Shown here piece after piece: positions 52,023 through 61,137 of a DNA stretch of 64,000 nt. The translations under genes and the position numbers were made by a program. This DNA comes from Candidatus Hydrogenedentota bacterium (GTDB lineage: Bacteria > Hydrogenedentota > Hydrogenedentia > Hydrogenedentales > SLHB01): NCBI GenBank assembly GCA_963668025.2, contig CAXXTH010000017.1, forward strand, positions 768,001-832,000. The letters are read 5' to 3'. Under the pieces are notes generated by a model. That model made no database searches, was not told where the DNA came from, and worked only from the letters and a program-made list of their open reading frames with translations. Each line of letters starts with the position of its first letter. Positions within the stretch are counted from its first letter, which is position 1.

Positions 52023-53090
52023 ATGGATGTTATGCACATGCATTCGCGCCACAAACAAAAATATACCTTGGGACGATGCGCCCGGCAAATAGCTATAGCC
52101 TTGCTGGCGGGCTTGCTCGCATCATGCGCCACACCGCAAAAAACGCCTACCGAGGAAAACGCCGGAGCGGACGCAAAACCCAGTCCTAAAACGCCCCGCA
52201 GCACGCGCCTAACTCTTGCCCTTACGAACACAACGCTGGGAGAAGCCGTCCGGAAGGCAGGCCAGGCGGTAGGCGGGCCTATTGCTATTGCGTATGGAAC
52301 CGAGGAACTCTCCATCGCCGACCTGAGCTTTGTCCGGGCGGATGCACGAAATGTAGCGTATAAACTCGCGGAAAAAACGGGCTTGGCCGTGCAAGCATGC
52401 CCGCACTATTATTTTCTCTTTCCTGCTCATTCGGAAGCCCTTACCCAGATTACCCTCGCGGGACAACTCGGCCCTACATATCAACAGCCGGTCGAACAGC
52501 TTTCATTTGGAACGGGTTTCCCCCTTTATGCCGTTTTTGACTGGATCAGCCAAGCGCTTGGCGTTACCGTAGTGGGCGATAGCGCCGTGGGCGAAGTCCG
52601 TTGCGGCGAAATGGCGCTGCGCGATATCCCGCTGGATGAAGGCCTCGAAGCCATCCTCAAATCGGCCCGGGCCGCAGGCATCCGCCTGGATGTCACGGAT
52701 GAATATGTCTTCTTCCTGGCGAAAGATAATCCATGCCCCGCGTCAGCGCTCCTAAATGGCGATGCGCTGGATAACCGCATGCAGGAAATCCTCGAAAAAC
52801 GGGTAAACGTATGCATGCCCCGCCCACCCAAAGCGCCGGGCCGGATCGAACTGGTTGGAGAAGCAGAACCGCTTTCGGAGGTGCTGCCATCCCTTTCCCA
52901 GCAATTAGGCATACCGGTAGTGGCCGAAAAAGGCCTTGGAGATATCCCCATAAATCCCGCCGCATTGAATAATGTGCGGGTGCGCACCGCAATGGACTTG
53001 CTCATCCGGCAATGGCTCACCGCTGATTATGGCTATCAAATCACCCACGACCGCATTGTCATTCAACGCCGGCCGCTAAACCGGCCTTAA
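52023..53090 (+). CDS. Lipoprotein with repeated STN/secretin-N-like modules
   Basis: Lipobox LASC; repeated L..V...LS..LG..VV segments. Confidence 0.55.
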   Translation: MDVMHMHSRHKQKYTLGRCARQIAIALLAGLLASCATPQKTPTEENAGADAKPSPKTPRSTRLTLALTNTTLGEAVRKAGQAVGGPIAIAYGTEELSIADLSFVRADARNVAYKLAEKTGLAVQACPHYYFLFPAHSEALTQITLAGQLGPTYQQPVEQLSFGTGFPLYAVFDWISQALGVTVVGDSAVGEVRCGEMALRDIPLDEGLEAILKSARAAGIRLDVTDEYVFFLAKDNPCPASALLNGDALDNRMQEILEKRVNVCMPRPPKAPGRIELVGEAEPLSEVLPSLSQQLGIPVVAEKGLGDIPINPAALNNVRVRTAMDLLIRQWLTADYGYQITHDRIVIQRRPLNRP

Positions 53091-53301
53091 CGCTATCCGC
53101 TTCACACGATCGCCGCGGCAAAATATGGGAAACGCCAGCACATCACATAAATAGAAACAAACCCATTTCGTCTATGTACTTGTATATAAGCGCCATTCAC
53201 TGGTGTTTATCCGCGAATGAGGTGACGCGCCCACTCATTGCGTGGAATCCGCAAGACTGATAACATGAAGAGTGGCGCTTGAGTAAGGGAGAAGCGCGCC
53301 G

Positions 53302-54294
53302 ATGCTGGAATGCAACAGCCAGGCAGCAAAATCAATGGCTAATAACGAGAGCACTCATAAAGGCGATAGCACCCAGTTCTTCTCAGAAGAAGATGTCCGC
53401 AATTTGCGCGCGGAGCAAGAGGAACTGCATGCAAGCCTCATCATTGTCGCGGGCGAGGAAATCGGCCGCGAAATCGACCTTAGCCAGCCGGAAATGATCA
53501 TCGGACGGGGAGAAGAAGCGGGCGTTCGCATCTTTTCTCGCTCTGTCTCGCGCTCGCACGCCCGCATTACTCGAGCCGCCAGCCTCAAAGGCTATGAGTT
53601 CATGATTCATGACATGGGAAGCATGAACGGCATCCTCGTCAATAATGTGCAGATTACTTCCACGGTCCTGCGCGACGGCGATAAAGTCCAACTGGGCGAT
53701 GTGGTCTTTAAATTCATGGTGCAAGACGCCATCGATGCCCAGTTCCACGAGCAGATTCATCGCCTTATCCACTTCGACCAGCTCACCGGCCTCATGACCA
53801 TGGACACGTTCCGGCGCGTGCTCGATGACACCATCCGCTATTCCCACCATTCGGAAGTGTTTTCGCTGGCCATGACCGATCTGGACGGTTTGAAAAAAGT
53901 CAATGACACATTGGGCCACTTGGCGGGCCGAAAAACCGTCGCCGCCATGGGCATGATGATGCGCGCCGCGATTCGCCCCACGGACCGCGCCGGACTCTAC
54001 GGCGGTGACGAAGCCATCGTGCTCTATCCGAAAACACCCCTCAGCCAAGCCTGTGATATCGCCGAGGGATTGCGCCGCAATATCGAGGCGCGCGCTTTCG
54101 AGCATAATGGCCGCGCCTATCACGTCACCATCAGCCAAGGCCTTGCCGAGTGGCCGCTCCACGGGCGCAACGCCGAAGAGATCATCGCCGCCGCCGATTC
54201 CGCCCTCTATCGCGCCAAGGCCGATGGACGCAATTGCGTGCGTTTCGCTATTTCGCCACAAACCCCGACGGCCATCGCCAAACCGGGTGAATAA
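53302..54294 (+). CDS. FHA + GGDEF diguanylate cyclase (variant GGDEA)
   Basis: IGR, VSRSHA, SMNG (FHA); DQLTGL, DLD..K.VND..GH, YGGDEA, ALYRAK..GRN. Confidence 0.9.
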   Translation: MLECNSQAAKSMANNESTHKGDSTQFFSEEDVRNLRAEQEELHASLIIVAGEEIGREIDLSQPEMIIGRGEEAGVRIFSRSVSRSHARITRAASLKGYEFMIHDMGSMNGILVNNVQITSTVLRDGDKVQLGDVVFKFMVQDAIDAQFHEQIHRLIHFDQLTGLMTMDTFRRVLDDTIRYSHHSEVFSLAMTDLDGLKKVNDTLGHLAGRKTVAAMGMMMRAAIRPTDRAGLYGGDEAIVLYPKTPLSQACDIAEGLRRNIEARAFEHNGRAYHVTISQGLAEWPLHGRNAEEIIAAADSALYRAKADGRNCVRFAISPQTPTAIAKPGE

Positions 54295-55087
54295 GGTGCG
54301 CCCTTGCGTCACGCTTGTCACGGACTTTGGCGGACGCGACCCGTATGTGGCTTCCATGAAAGGCATACTCGCCTCGTTATGCCCGGATGCGTCCGTGATG
54401 GACCTCACCCATGATATCGCTCCGCAGGATGTTTTCGAGGCCGCCTTATTTATCGCCGCCGCCGCTCCCTATTTCCCGCCAGGCGCGATCCATGTGGCGG
54501 TAGTTGATCCCGGCGTCGGTACGGCGCGCCGCCCGCTCGTTGCCCACGCGGGAGGCCAGTTCTTCGTTTTTCCCGATAATGGCTTGCTCACTCTGTATTT
54601 ACGCGCCCACGCCCTGGAAGAAGCACGTATCATCGAGAATCCCGCATGGATGCGCCAAACCATCTCGGCCACCTTTCATGGCCGGGACATATTCGCTCCT
54701 GCCGCCGCCCGCTTGGCGTTAGGAGCGCCTATGGAAGATGCAGGCCCCATCGCGGAAAACCTTGCCGCCCTCGATATTCCTCTTCCCATCCGCACGGAGG
54801 AATCCATCACCGGCGAGGTGATCCATATTGATCGCTTCGGTAACGCCATCACCAATATCCACCGTACGGCTTTGGTTAAAATTCATGAATACACGGTTTT
54901 TGCCGCAGACAAATCAATAAAATGGGCAAATGCCTATGGAGAAGTTCCATTATCCGAATATCTTGCCCTTTTCGGCAGCGCGGATTTTCTCGAGATTGCC
55001 CAAAACAGGGGGGACGCGGCAGCCACGCTGCGCTTGGTTCGTGGAACAACCATACAGGTTCTTTTGAAAAAATGTAACGATCGGTAG
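54287..55087 (+). CDS. SAM hydroxide adenosyltransferase (DUF62, chlorinase/fluorinase family)
   Basis: TDFG, VVDPGVG, PDNG, TFHGRD, DRFGN. Confidence 0.92.
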   Translation: MNKVRPCVTLVTDFGGRDPYVASMKGILASLCPDASVMDLTHDIAPQDVFEAALFIAAAAPYFPPGAIHVAVVDPGVGTARRPLVAHAGGQFFVFPDNGLLTLYLRAHALEEARIIENPAWMRQTISATFHGRDIFAPAAARLALGAPMEDAGPIAENLAALDIPLPIRTEESITGEVIHIDRFGNAITNIHRTALVKIHEYTVFAADKSIKWANAYGEVPLSEYLALFGSADFLEIAQNRGDAAATLRLVRGTTIQVLLKKCNDR

Positions 55088-55208
55088 ATCGCGTTGTATT
55101 GTACATCAAACGGGCTTGGGCCAGTTCCCAGCCCAGGGAGTCAGGCTTTCCCCGCGGCAGCGGAAGGAGAGCGCAAATGCGCTACAGCGCGCGCTAAGGA
55201 GAATAGAT

Positions 55209-55310
55209 ATGAAGCACCTGAAGAAAGTGACAAAGCCGGCCGTCGCAGACAATTGGTACGATGAAATCGTAACCTTCTTTGAAGATCTCTTCGGCAAAAA
55301 CGACGAATAA
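55209..55310 (+). CDS. 33-aa small peptide
   Basis: AAGGAG RBS; MKHLKKVTKPAVADNWYDEIVTFFEDLFGKNDE; terminator directly downstream. Confidence 0.7.
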   Translation: MKHLKKVTKPAVADNWYDEIVTFFEDLFGKNDE

Positions 55311-55325
55311 GCGGTACGCCTGTTA

Positions 55326-55368
55326 AAAACGGGCTCTTGCGGGGATATTCTCTGCAAGAGCCCGTTTT
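55326..55368. terminator. Bidirectional intrinsic terminator
   Basis: AAAACGGGCTCTTGC / GCAAGAGCCCGTTTT between convergent genes. Confidence 0.85.
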
Positions 55369-55374
55369 CTTTGT

Positions 55375-56448
55375 TTAGTTCGTGCGCAATCCCTGGATGC
55401 GTAATTTCAAGTCCTTGGGGCTAGTGGCGTTAAGGAGCGCCACTTCCGCCGTAATACGGTCGGCTTTATACAAGGCATAAAGAGCCTGATCGAAGGTTTG
55501 CATGCCATATTGCTCGACGCCTTCCTCGATCAGTTTGACGATTTCCTTGAAACTTTTGCCCAACTCGATGAAGTCGCGCACCGTGCGGTTGCCGATGAGG
55601 ATCTCGGCGGCGACGCATCGGCCTGCGCCCGCTTTTATGGGCAGAAGCCGCTGGCTCACCACCCCGCGAATCACGCTCGCAAGCTGCTTGCGAATCTGAA
55701 CCTGCTGGTGCGGCTCGAAGAAGTCGAGAATACGGTTCAACGTTTCCACCGCGTCCACCGTGTGCAGCGTCGAGAACACCAAATGGCCCGTTTCCGCCGA
55801 AGCAAGCGCCGTTTTGACCGTCTCGGCGTCGCGCATTTCACCGATGAGAATGACGTCCGGGTCTTGCCGCAACGCCCCGCGCAAGGCGTTCGCGAACGAC
55901 AGGGTGTCATGCCCTACTTCACGCTGCGTGATGATGGCCGTCTTGTCGCGATGGACGAACTCGAGGGGATCCTCGACCGTGACCACATGGACCGCGCGCG
56001 TGGAGTTGATTTCATCAATGAGCGCGGCAAGCGTGGTCGATTTGCCGCTGCCCGTGACGCCCGTCACCAGCACCAGGCCATTGCGCAGTTTGCAGACTTG
56101 GTGCAGCACCGGCGGCAAGGTTAATTCATCGATCCGCTTGATGTCCATGGGAATCGTGCGCAGTACCACCCGCGTATCGCCGTCGTCGCAGCATACATTC
56201 ACGCGGAACCGGGCGATGTCCTCGAGCATATACGACGTATCGAGTTCTTTGACCTTCTTGAACTTGTCGATATCCTCGGGCTTCACAATGGTCCGGAGCA
56301 TGGCGAGGATGTCGTTCTCGGTGAGCGGCTCGCCCTCGAGGCGCATCAGCTCGCCGTCAATGCGGTAAATGGGCGGATTATCGGTTTTCAGATGGATATC
56401 CGACGCGTTTTGCTCGATGGCGCCTCGCATCAATTCCTTTAAATTCAT
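55375..56448 (-). CDS. pilT: Type IV pilus retraction ATPase PilT/PilU
   Basis: ASDIHL, GVTGSGKST, ALRQDPD, GMQTFDQ. Confidence 0.93.
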   Translation of the reverse strand: MNLKELMRGAIEQNASDIHLKTDNPPIYRIDGELMRLEGEPLTENDILAMLRTIVKPEDIDKFKKVKELDTSYMLEDIARFRVNVCCDDGDTRVVLRTIPMDIKRIDELTLPPVLHQVCKLRNGLVLVTGVTGSGKSTTLAALIDEINSTRAVHVVTVEDPLEFVHRDKTAIITQREVGHDTLSFANALRGALRQDPDVILIGEMRDAETVKTALASAETGHLVFSTLHTVDAVETLNRILDFFEPHQQVQIRKQLASVIRGVVSQRLLPIKAGAGRCVAAEILIGNRTVRDFIELGKSFKEIVKLIEEGVEQYGMQTFDQALYALYKADRITAEVALLNATSPKDLKLRIQGLRTN

Positions 56449-56703
56449 GGCCGTTATCTCCTCTTCTCCGCCAGAGATCCAGATTTTTCCACCACTAAGA
56501 CACTAAGACACCAGGAGTTTTAAGTGTTTTCTTGTCTGCTCTGCTCTAGATTTGTAAATAGCAGACTTATTTACTGGCTACAGCCGCCGGATAATTCTTG
56601 CGGGCCTCCTCGTGCCTTTGTGCCTTGGTGGTGAACTCTCCGGAAGATTCATCACGAAGAGCGCCGCGCGGCATGTCCCATGCGCACATTCGTGGTTTGA
56701 TCG

Positions 56704-58446
56704 TTACATTTCTTCCCCGCCCGCGTGGCGCTCCGCGATCTCGGCCACGGCGTCTTTGTCGAGCTTCGGGAAGAGCACTTCCGGGGTATTCAGCGGCGCG
56801 CCAGCGGGCAGCAGCGTTTTCGCGGCTTCCCAGCCATTCTCGCCGCCCTCCGGGCCGCCCGTGGGCAAGGTGATGTTCAAGATGCCCGCGAGTTTTTGCG
56901 CGCCATCAGGCGTGAATGGCGCCATGAGCGTACACAGCGCCCGCACCACCTGGCAGCACACATACAGCGTCGTGGCGGTGCGTTCGAGGTCTGTCTTGCG
57001 CGTCACCCAGGGCTGTTTCGTGTCAAAATACTGGTTCGCCTTGCGGCCTGTGTCAATGAACCGTTCGAGGGCCAGGCGGAACCGGAACTGTTCGATGGCC
57101 TCGCCCACGGCGTCGATCTGCTCCGGCAAGCTGGCTAACAGCGCCTGGTCTTCCGCATCGAGCGGGCCGGGCGTGGGCACGCATCCGCCGAAATTCTTCA
57201 CCGCCATGGTGAGCGAACGATGGACGAAATTGCCCACCACATCGCACAGCTCGCCGTTGTAGCGATTTAAGAATTCATCCCAGTCGAACGCGGAGTCTTT
57301 CGTCTCGGGCATGATGGCGCTCAGGTAATACCGGATGGCGTCGCGGCTGAAATGCTGGACGAACCACCGCACACTGATCATGTTGCCCTTCGATTTCGAG
57401 CCTTTTTCCGTCTTGCCTGTCGTGCGGTTGACCACGTTGAGGTATTCATTGCCGACGACATTATCCGCCAGATTATAGCCTGGCTGGCCCATAAGCATCG
57501 CGGGGAAAATGATGGCATGGAAAGGCACGTTGTCTTTGCCAATGAAATGGAGCAGCCGCGTGCTCGAATCTTTCCACCACGTTTCCCATGCGGTATCGCC
57601 CAGGCCATGGTCTATCCCCCATTGGCGCGTATTGGTGACATACCCGATGGGTGCGTCGAACCACACATAAATGCGCTTGCCTTGGGCTTCCGGCGCGTCG
57701 ACGGGGATGGGGATGCCCCATTCCGTATCGCGGGTGATGCAGCGGGAGTGGAGATTTTCAACCCAGCCATAGGCGATGCCGCGCACATTGGCCCGCCACT
57801 CGGGGTGGCTATCGAGCCATTGGCGCAGCCGCTCCGTAAAATCGCCCAGGCGCAGAAACCAATGCACCGATTCCTTGAGGACAGGCGTCGAGGAATCGCC
57901 GGGTATGTTGGCTTTCGGATGAATCAGCTCTTGGGTGGCGTATTGCGCGCCGCAATTCTCGCATTCATCGCCCGTGGCCTCTTCATAGCCGCATTTTGGG
58001 CACGTGCCTTTCACATACCGGTCGGGCAGGAAGGTGTCGGATTGTTCGGAATACCACAGCTCCATGCTCTCCTTCGAGATAAAGCCCTGCCGGTCGAGTT
58101 CTATAAAAAATGCCTGCGTGGTTTCGACATGCAAGGGCCACGAGGTGCGCCCATAGATATCATACGAAATGTCTAAGTCCGCGAACGATTGTGCGTTGGC
58201 CTCGTGGTAGCGGTTGATCACGTCTTGGGGCGTAATGCCCTCCTTGAGGGCCTTGAGCGTGATGGCGACTCCATGTTCATCCGAACCGCCCACATACAAC
58301 ACCGGAGCGCCTTTCATGCGCAGATAGCGGACATAGATATCCGCGGGGATATACGCCCCGGCGATGTGCCCCAGATGAATGTAGCCATTGGCATACGGCA
58401 GGGCGCTGGTCACTAAGGTGCGCTGGAATTGCAAGTGCGGAGTCAT
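56704..58446 (-). CDS. metG: Methionyl-tRNA synthetase (no C-terminal OB domain)
   Basis: TSALPYANG, HLGH, YVWFDA, IGKDN, KMSKS variant KGSKS. Confidence 0.96.
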   Translation of the reverse strand: MTPHLQFQRTLVTSALPYANGYIHLGHIAGAYIPADIYVRYLRMKGAPVLYVGGSDEHGVAITLKALKEGITPQDVINRYHEANAQSFADLDISYDIYGRTSWPLHVETTQAFFIELDRQGFISKESMELWYSEQSDTFLPDRYVKGTCPKCGYEEATGDECENCGAQYATQELIHPKANIPGDSSTPVLKESVHWFLRLGDFTERLRQWLDSHPEWRANVRGIAYGWVENLHSRCITRDTEWGIPIPVDAPEAQGKRIYVWFDAPIGYVTNTRQWGIDHGLGDTAWETWWKDSSTRLLHFIGKDNVPFHAIIFPAMLMGQPGYNLADNVVGNEYLNVVNRTTGKTEKGSKSKGNMISVRWFVQHFSRDAIRYYLSAIMPETKDSAFDWDEFLNRYNGELCDVVGNFVHRSLTMAVKNFGGCVPTPGPLDAEDQALLASLPEQIDAVGEAIEQFRFRLALERFIDTGRKANQYFDTKQPWVTRKTDLERTATTLYVCCQVVRALCTLMAPFTPDGAQKLAGILNITLPTGGPEGGENGWEAAKTLLPAGAPLNTPEVLFPKLDKDAVAEIAERHAGGEEM

Positions 58447-58544
58447 GGCGGCGTTCTCATTCCTTTGTTGGCTATATGGCGTTCATTTATGCCGCGAATT
58501 GCGGAAACTATAAAACAATGACGGCTGGCGTATGCGCCCCATCC

Positions 58545-58570
58545 AGCGGTGGGGCAAGCCCCACCCTACA
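58545..58570. repeat. GTAG-type REP palindrome
   Basis: AGCGGTGGGGCAAGCCCCACCCTACA, identical to 61059-61084. Confidence 0.8.
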
Positions 58571-58631
58571 TATTCCTTGCTTTATACGCATTGTGAGGGA
58601 CCGGCGTCCTCGCCGGACAATACTCGAAGCT

Positions 58632-59036
58632 TTAGCTGGCTTTACGCTTCGCGTTCACGCCCTCGAGCACGAGCGACGAACCATCCCAGGTGCCCGATTT
58701 CGACTGGCCAGCGGCTCCTACGGTGATCGCGCCGTCCTTCACACTATATTGTCCATTAATTCCGCCCGGAATCGGCACCGCTTCACCGGAAATATGCACC
58801 TTAGGCTCTTCGCTGAATTCAAGTACGTACTTGCCTACTTCCCAAGCCGTGCCCGCCAAACTGGCGTATGCGCCTGGCGCGGCCGGATTCGCGGCTCCAT
58901 CCGCCGCAGATGCGGCGGGGGCATTCGTTTGCGGCGGTGTGGGCGGATTCGCCGGCTCGGCGGGTTTCGAGCAGGCCCAGCCCAGCAATACAAGAGGAAG
59001 CAACGCAAGCAGACAGCGTCCGATGGACATGTTCAT
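58632..59036 (-). CDS. Hypothetical lipoprotein
   Basis: Lipobox-like GWAC, Pro/Ala linker, small beta domain; AGGAAAGGA RBS. Confidence 0.75.
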   Translation of the reverse strand: MNMSIGRCLLALLPLVLLGWACSKPAEPANPPTPPQTNAPAASAADGAANPAAPGAYASLAGTAWEVGKYVLEFSEEPKVHISGEAVPIPGGINGQYSVKDGAITVGAAGQSKSGTWDGSSLVLEGVNAKRKAS

Positions 59037-59139
59037 TTCCTTTCCTAGCCTTGAAGGAAGCCGATTCAACAAAACGGAATTGTACCATGCGAATGGTTTG
59101 TTTCCAATTCGCGAGGGTGTGCGCCATGATTGTGTTTCG

Positions 59140-59190
59140 TTGCGTCCAGATGTTTTTTGCGGTATAATTTTGTGTCTGTATAGACACAAA
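59140..59190 (+). promoter_or_regulatory. Sigma70 promoter followed by a palindrome
   Basis: TTGCGT(59140)-N17-TATAAT(59163); TTTGTGTCT-GTAT-AGACACAAA at 59169-59190. Confidence 0.7.
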
Positions 59191-59201
59191 TGGAGGCCGC
59201 C

Positions 59202-59552
59202 ATGAACATTGAGACGATTGAAGCGCAACGGGAATGTATTTTGGGGCAGATGCGCGCCATTCGAAGCGCCCACCCGGGCGGCGTGTCGGAGCAAATGGTC
59301 AAGGGCACACGCAAGGACATGCCGGAGGCCGTGGAACGGGGACCTTATTACTCCCTGCAGTGGTACGAGCAGGGAAAGCCCCGGCGGCAGCGGCTGCGAA
59401 GTCCCGAGGACGTGCGGCGCGCCCGTGAACAGACGGACAACAGCAAGCGTATTCACGAACTCGCCGAACGCTTTTGCGAGCTGACACAACAGCTCGGAGA
59501 GCTTGAGCGCGACAAGGAGGCCGCCCACGAGCGGCAAAAAAAAGGGCTCTAG
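59202..59552 (+). CDS. DUF6788-like small IS protein (OrfA)
   Basis: GGAGG RBS; GPYYSLQWYEQGK; ends in an A8GGG slippery run. Confidence 0.75.
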   Translation: MNIETIEAQRECILGQMRAIRSAHPGGVSEQMVKGTRKDMPEAVERGPYYSLQWYEQGKPRRQRLRSPEDVRRAREQTDNSKRIHELAERFCELTQQLGELERDKEAAHERQKKGL

Positions 59553-59575
59553 TCGAACTGGAAAGGTCCGCGGAA

Positions 59576-60889
59576 ATGTCGCGGGCGCTGGCGCTAGTCC
59601 GCCGGGACCGCGGCGTGGACTTTGAAGCAACGGAGAAACTCATCCGCACCGCCGCCCTGGAAGGCGCGGGAAAGACGCTGGCCGTCCTGTTCGACAAGGC
59701 AAACGCCATTGTCCAGGGCCAGGAGCATGCGTGCCCGCTGTGCGGCCATCCCATGCGCCGCGCGGGCATGCGGGCCAGGCGCATCACGACCATTCTGGGG
59801 AACGTCACGCAGGAGCGCGCGATGTACCGCTGCCCATGCGGGGCCACCGCCTATCCAGCGGACGAACTGCTGGATGTCGCGGGCACTTCGCGTTCGCCCG
59901 GCGTCAGGCGAATGACGGCGCGCCTTGGCGCGCGGGAAAGCTTCGCGGACGCCGCCGGGGATCTAAAAGAACTGGCGGGCATCAGCGTGAGCGCCAAGGA
60001 CTGCGAGCGGTCCAGCGAGCAGACGGGAGCGGACGTGGCCGCGTGGGAAAAGCAGCGGCGCGGGCATCCGTCAAACCCCGCGCAGCCCAGCACCGGCGAT
60101 GAGATTCCCGTCCTGTACATCGAAATGGACGGCACGGGGGTTCCCGTCGTCAAGTCCGAAACGGACGGGCGCAAGGGAAAGGCGCAAGACGGATCCGCCA
60201 AAACCCGTGAGGCCAAAATCGGATGCGTCTTCACACAAACCAGCACGGACGAGAAGGGGGAGCCGGTGCGCGACCCCGGCAGCACCACCTTTTCCGGCGC
60301 CGTGGAAAACGCCGAAGCCTTTGCAGGCCGCATCTTCGCCGAAGCCCAGCGCCGTGGACTGGAACGCGCGCAAAAGGTGGTGGTCCTTTCCGACGGCGCG
60401 CAATGGATAGCGAACATCGCCGCCGACTACTTCCCCGGGGCCGTTCACATCCTCGACCTGTATCACGCACTGGAACACCTGGCGCTGTTGTGCGCGCTGC
60501 TCTTTGGGAAGACCACTGAGCTGGGGATGCGGATGCGCCAAAGCCTCAGCGAACTCGTGCGGCAGGGAGAGGCCGCGCAGGCCCTGGAGCTACTGCGGCC
60601 ACACATGCCCAGCCACGACGATGACGGCAAGGCGGCCTGGGAACATTTTCTGTATCTGGGCAGCCGCGCCCACATGATGCGCTATGCCGAATTCCGGGAA
60701 CAAAAACTGTTCGTCGGCTCCGGCGTCATAGAGGCCGGCTGCAAAAATGTTGTAGGAAAACGGCTCAAGCAGTCCGGAATGAGATGGACGGTCAACGGTG
60801 CAAACAAGATCATTACGCTACGATGCGCCTTCTTGAACAGAGACTTCGAAGACTTCTGGGCCGACAGAGCTAGGAAAGATGCCGCATGA
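59576..60889 (+). CDS. ISKra4 family transposase (OrfB, -1 frame)
   Basis: CPLC..YRCPC zinc finger, MDGTG, SDGAQWI, LDLYHALEHL, GSGVIEAGCK, RLKQSGMRW. Confidence 0.93.
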   Translation: MSRALALVRRDRGVDFEATEKLIRTAALEGAGKTLAVLFDKANAIVQGQEHACPLCGHPMRRAGMRARRITTILGNVTQERAMYRCPCGATAYPADELLDVAGTSRSPGVRRMTARLGARESFADAAGDLKELAGISVSAKDCERSSEQTGADVAAWEKQRRGHPSNPAQPSTGDEIPVLYIEMDGTGVPVVKSETDGRKGKAQDGSAKTREAKIGCVFTQTSTDEKGEPVRDPGSTTFSGAVENAEAFAGRIFAEAQRRGLERAQKVVVLSDGAQWIANIAADYFPGAVHILDLYHALEHLALLCALLFGKTTELGMRMRQSLSELVRQGEAAQALELLRPHMPSHDDDGKAAWEHFLYLGSRAHMMRYAEFREQKLFVGSGVIEAGCKNVVGKRLKQSGMRWTVNGANKIITLRCAFLNRDFEDFWADRARKDAA

Positions 60890-61058
60890 AAGCACAATTG
60901 GGACGCACACCCAATTCGCGATTCTATGCACATAATGTGAAAGGAGTGTTATTTCTTCGTACTACTATCTAGCAAAACGTTGTCTTCTTACAAGGATTTC
61001 CCTGATAAACCATTGCATATCAATTAGTTATGCCTGGACTATATAGGCATATTTCTTG

Positions 61059-61084
61059 AGCGGTGGGGCAAGCCCCACCCTACA
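61059..61084. repeat. GTAG-type REP palindrome
   Basis: Identical to 58545-58570. Confidence 0.8.
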
Positions 61085-61137
61085 GATTTTAGTGTATTTG
61101 GCGGTTCACTTGATACGCAAAAAAAGAAACCGTTCTT

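Larger units (their letters stand above)
59115..60912. mobile_element. Complete ISKra4-family IS (1798 bp)
   Basis: Imperfect IR GGGTGTGCG....ATTGTG at both ends; 9-bp TSD AATTCGCGA (59106-59114 / 60913-60921). Confidence 0.93.

Noticed and set aside
58632-59630. 332-aa minus-strand ORF
   Set aside because: The N-terminal part is antisense IS sequence; the real lipoprotein starts at about 59036.
58545-61084. Composite element bounded by the 26-bp direct repeats
   Set aside because: The IS inside has its own IRs and TSD; the repeats look like dispersed REPs.
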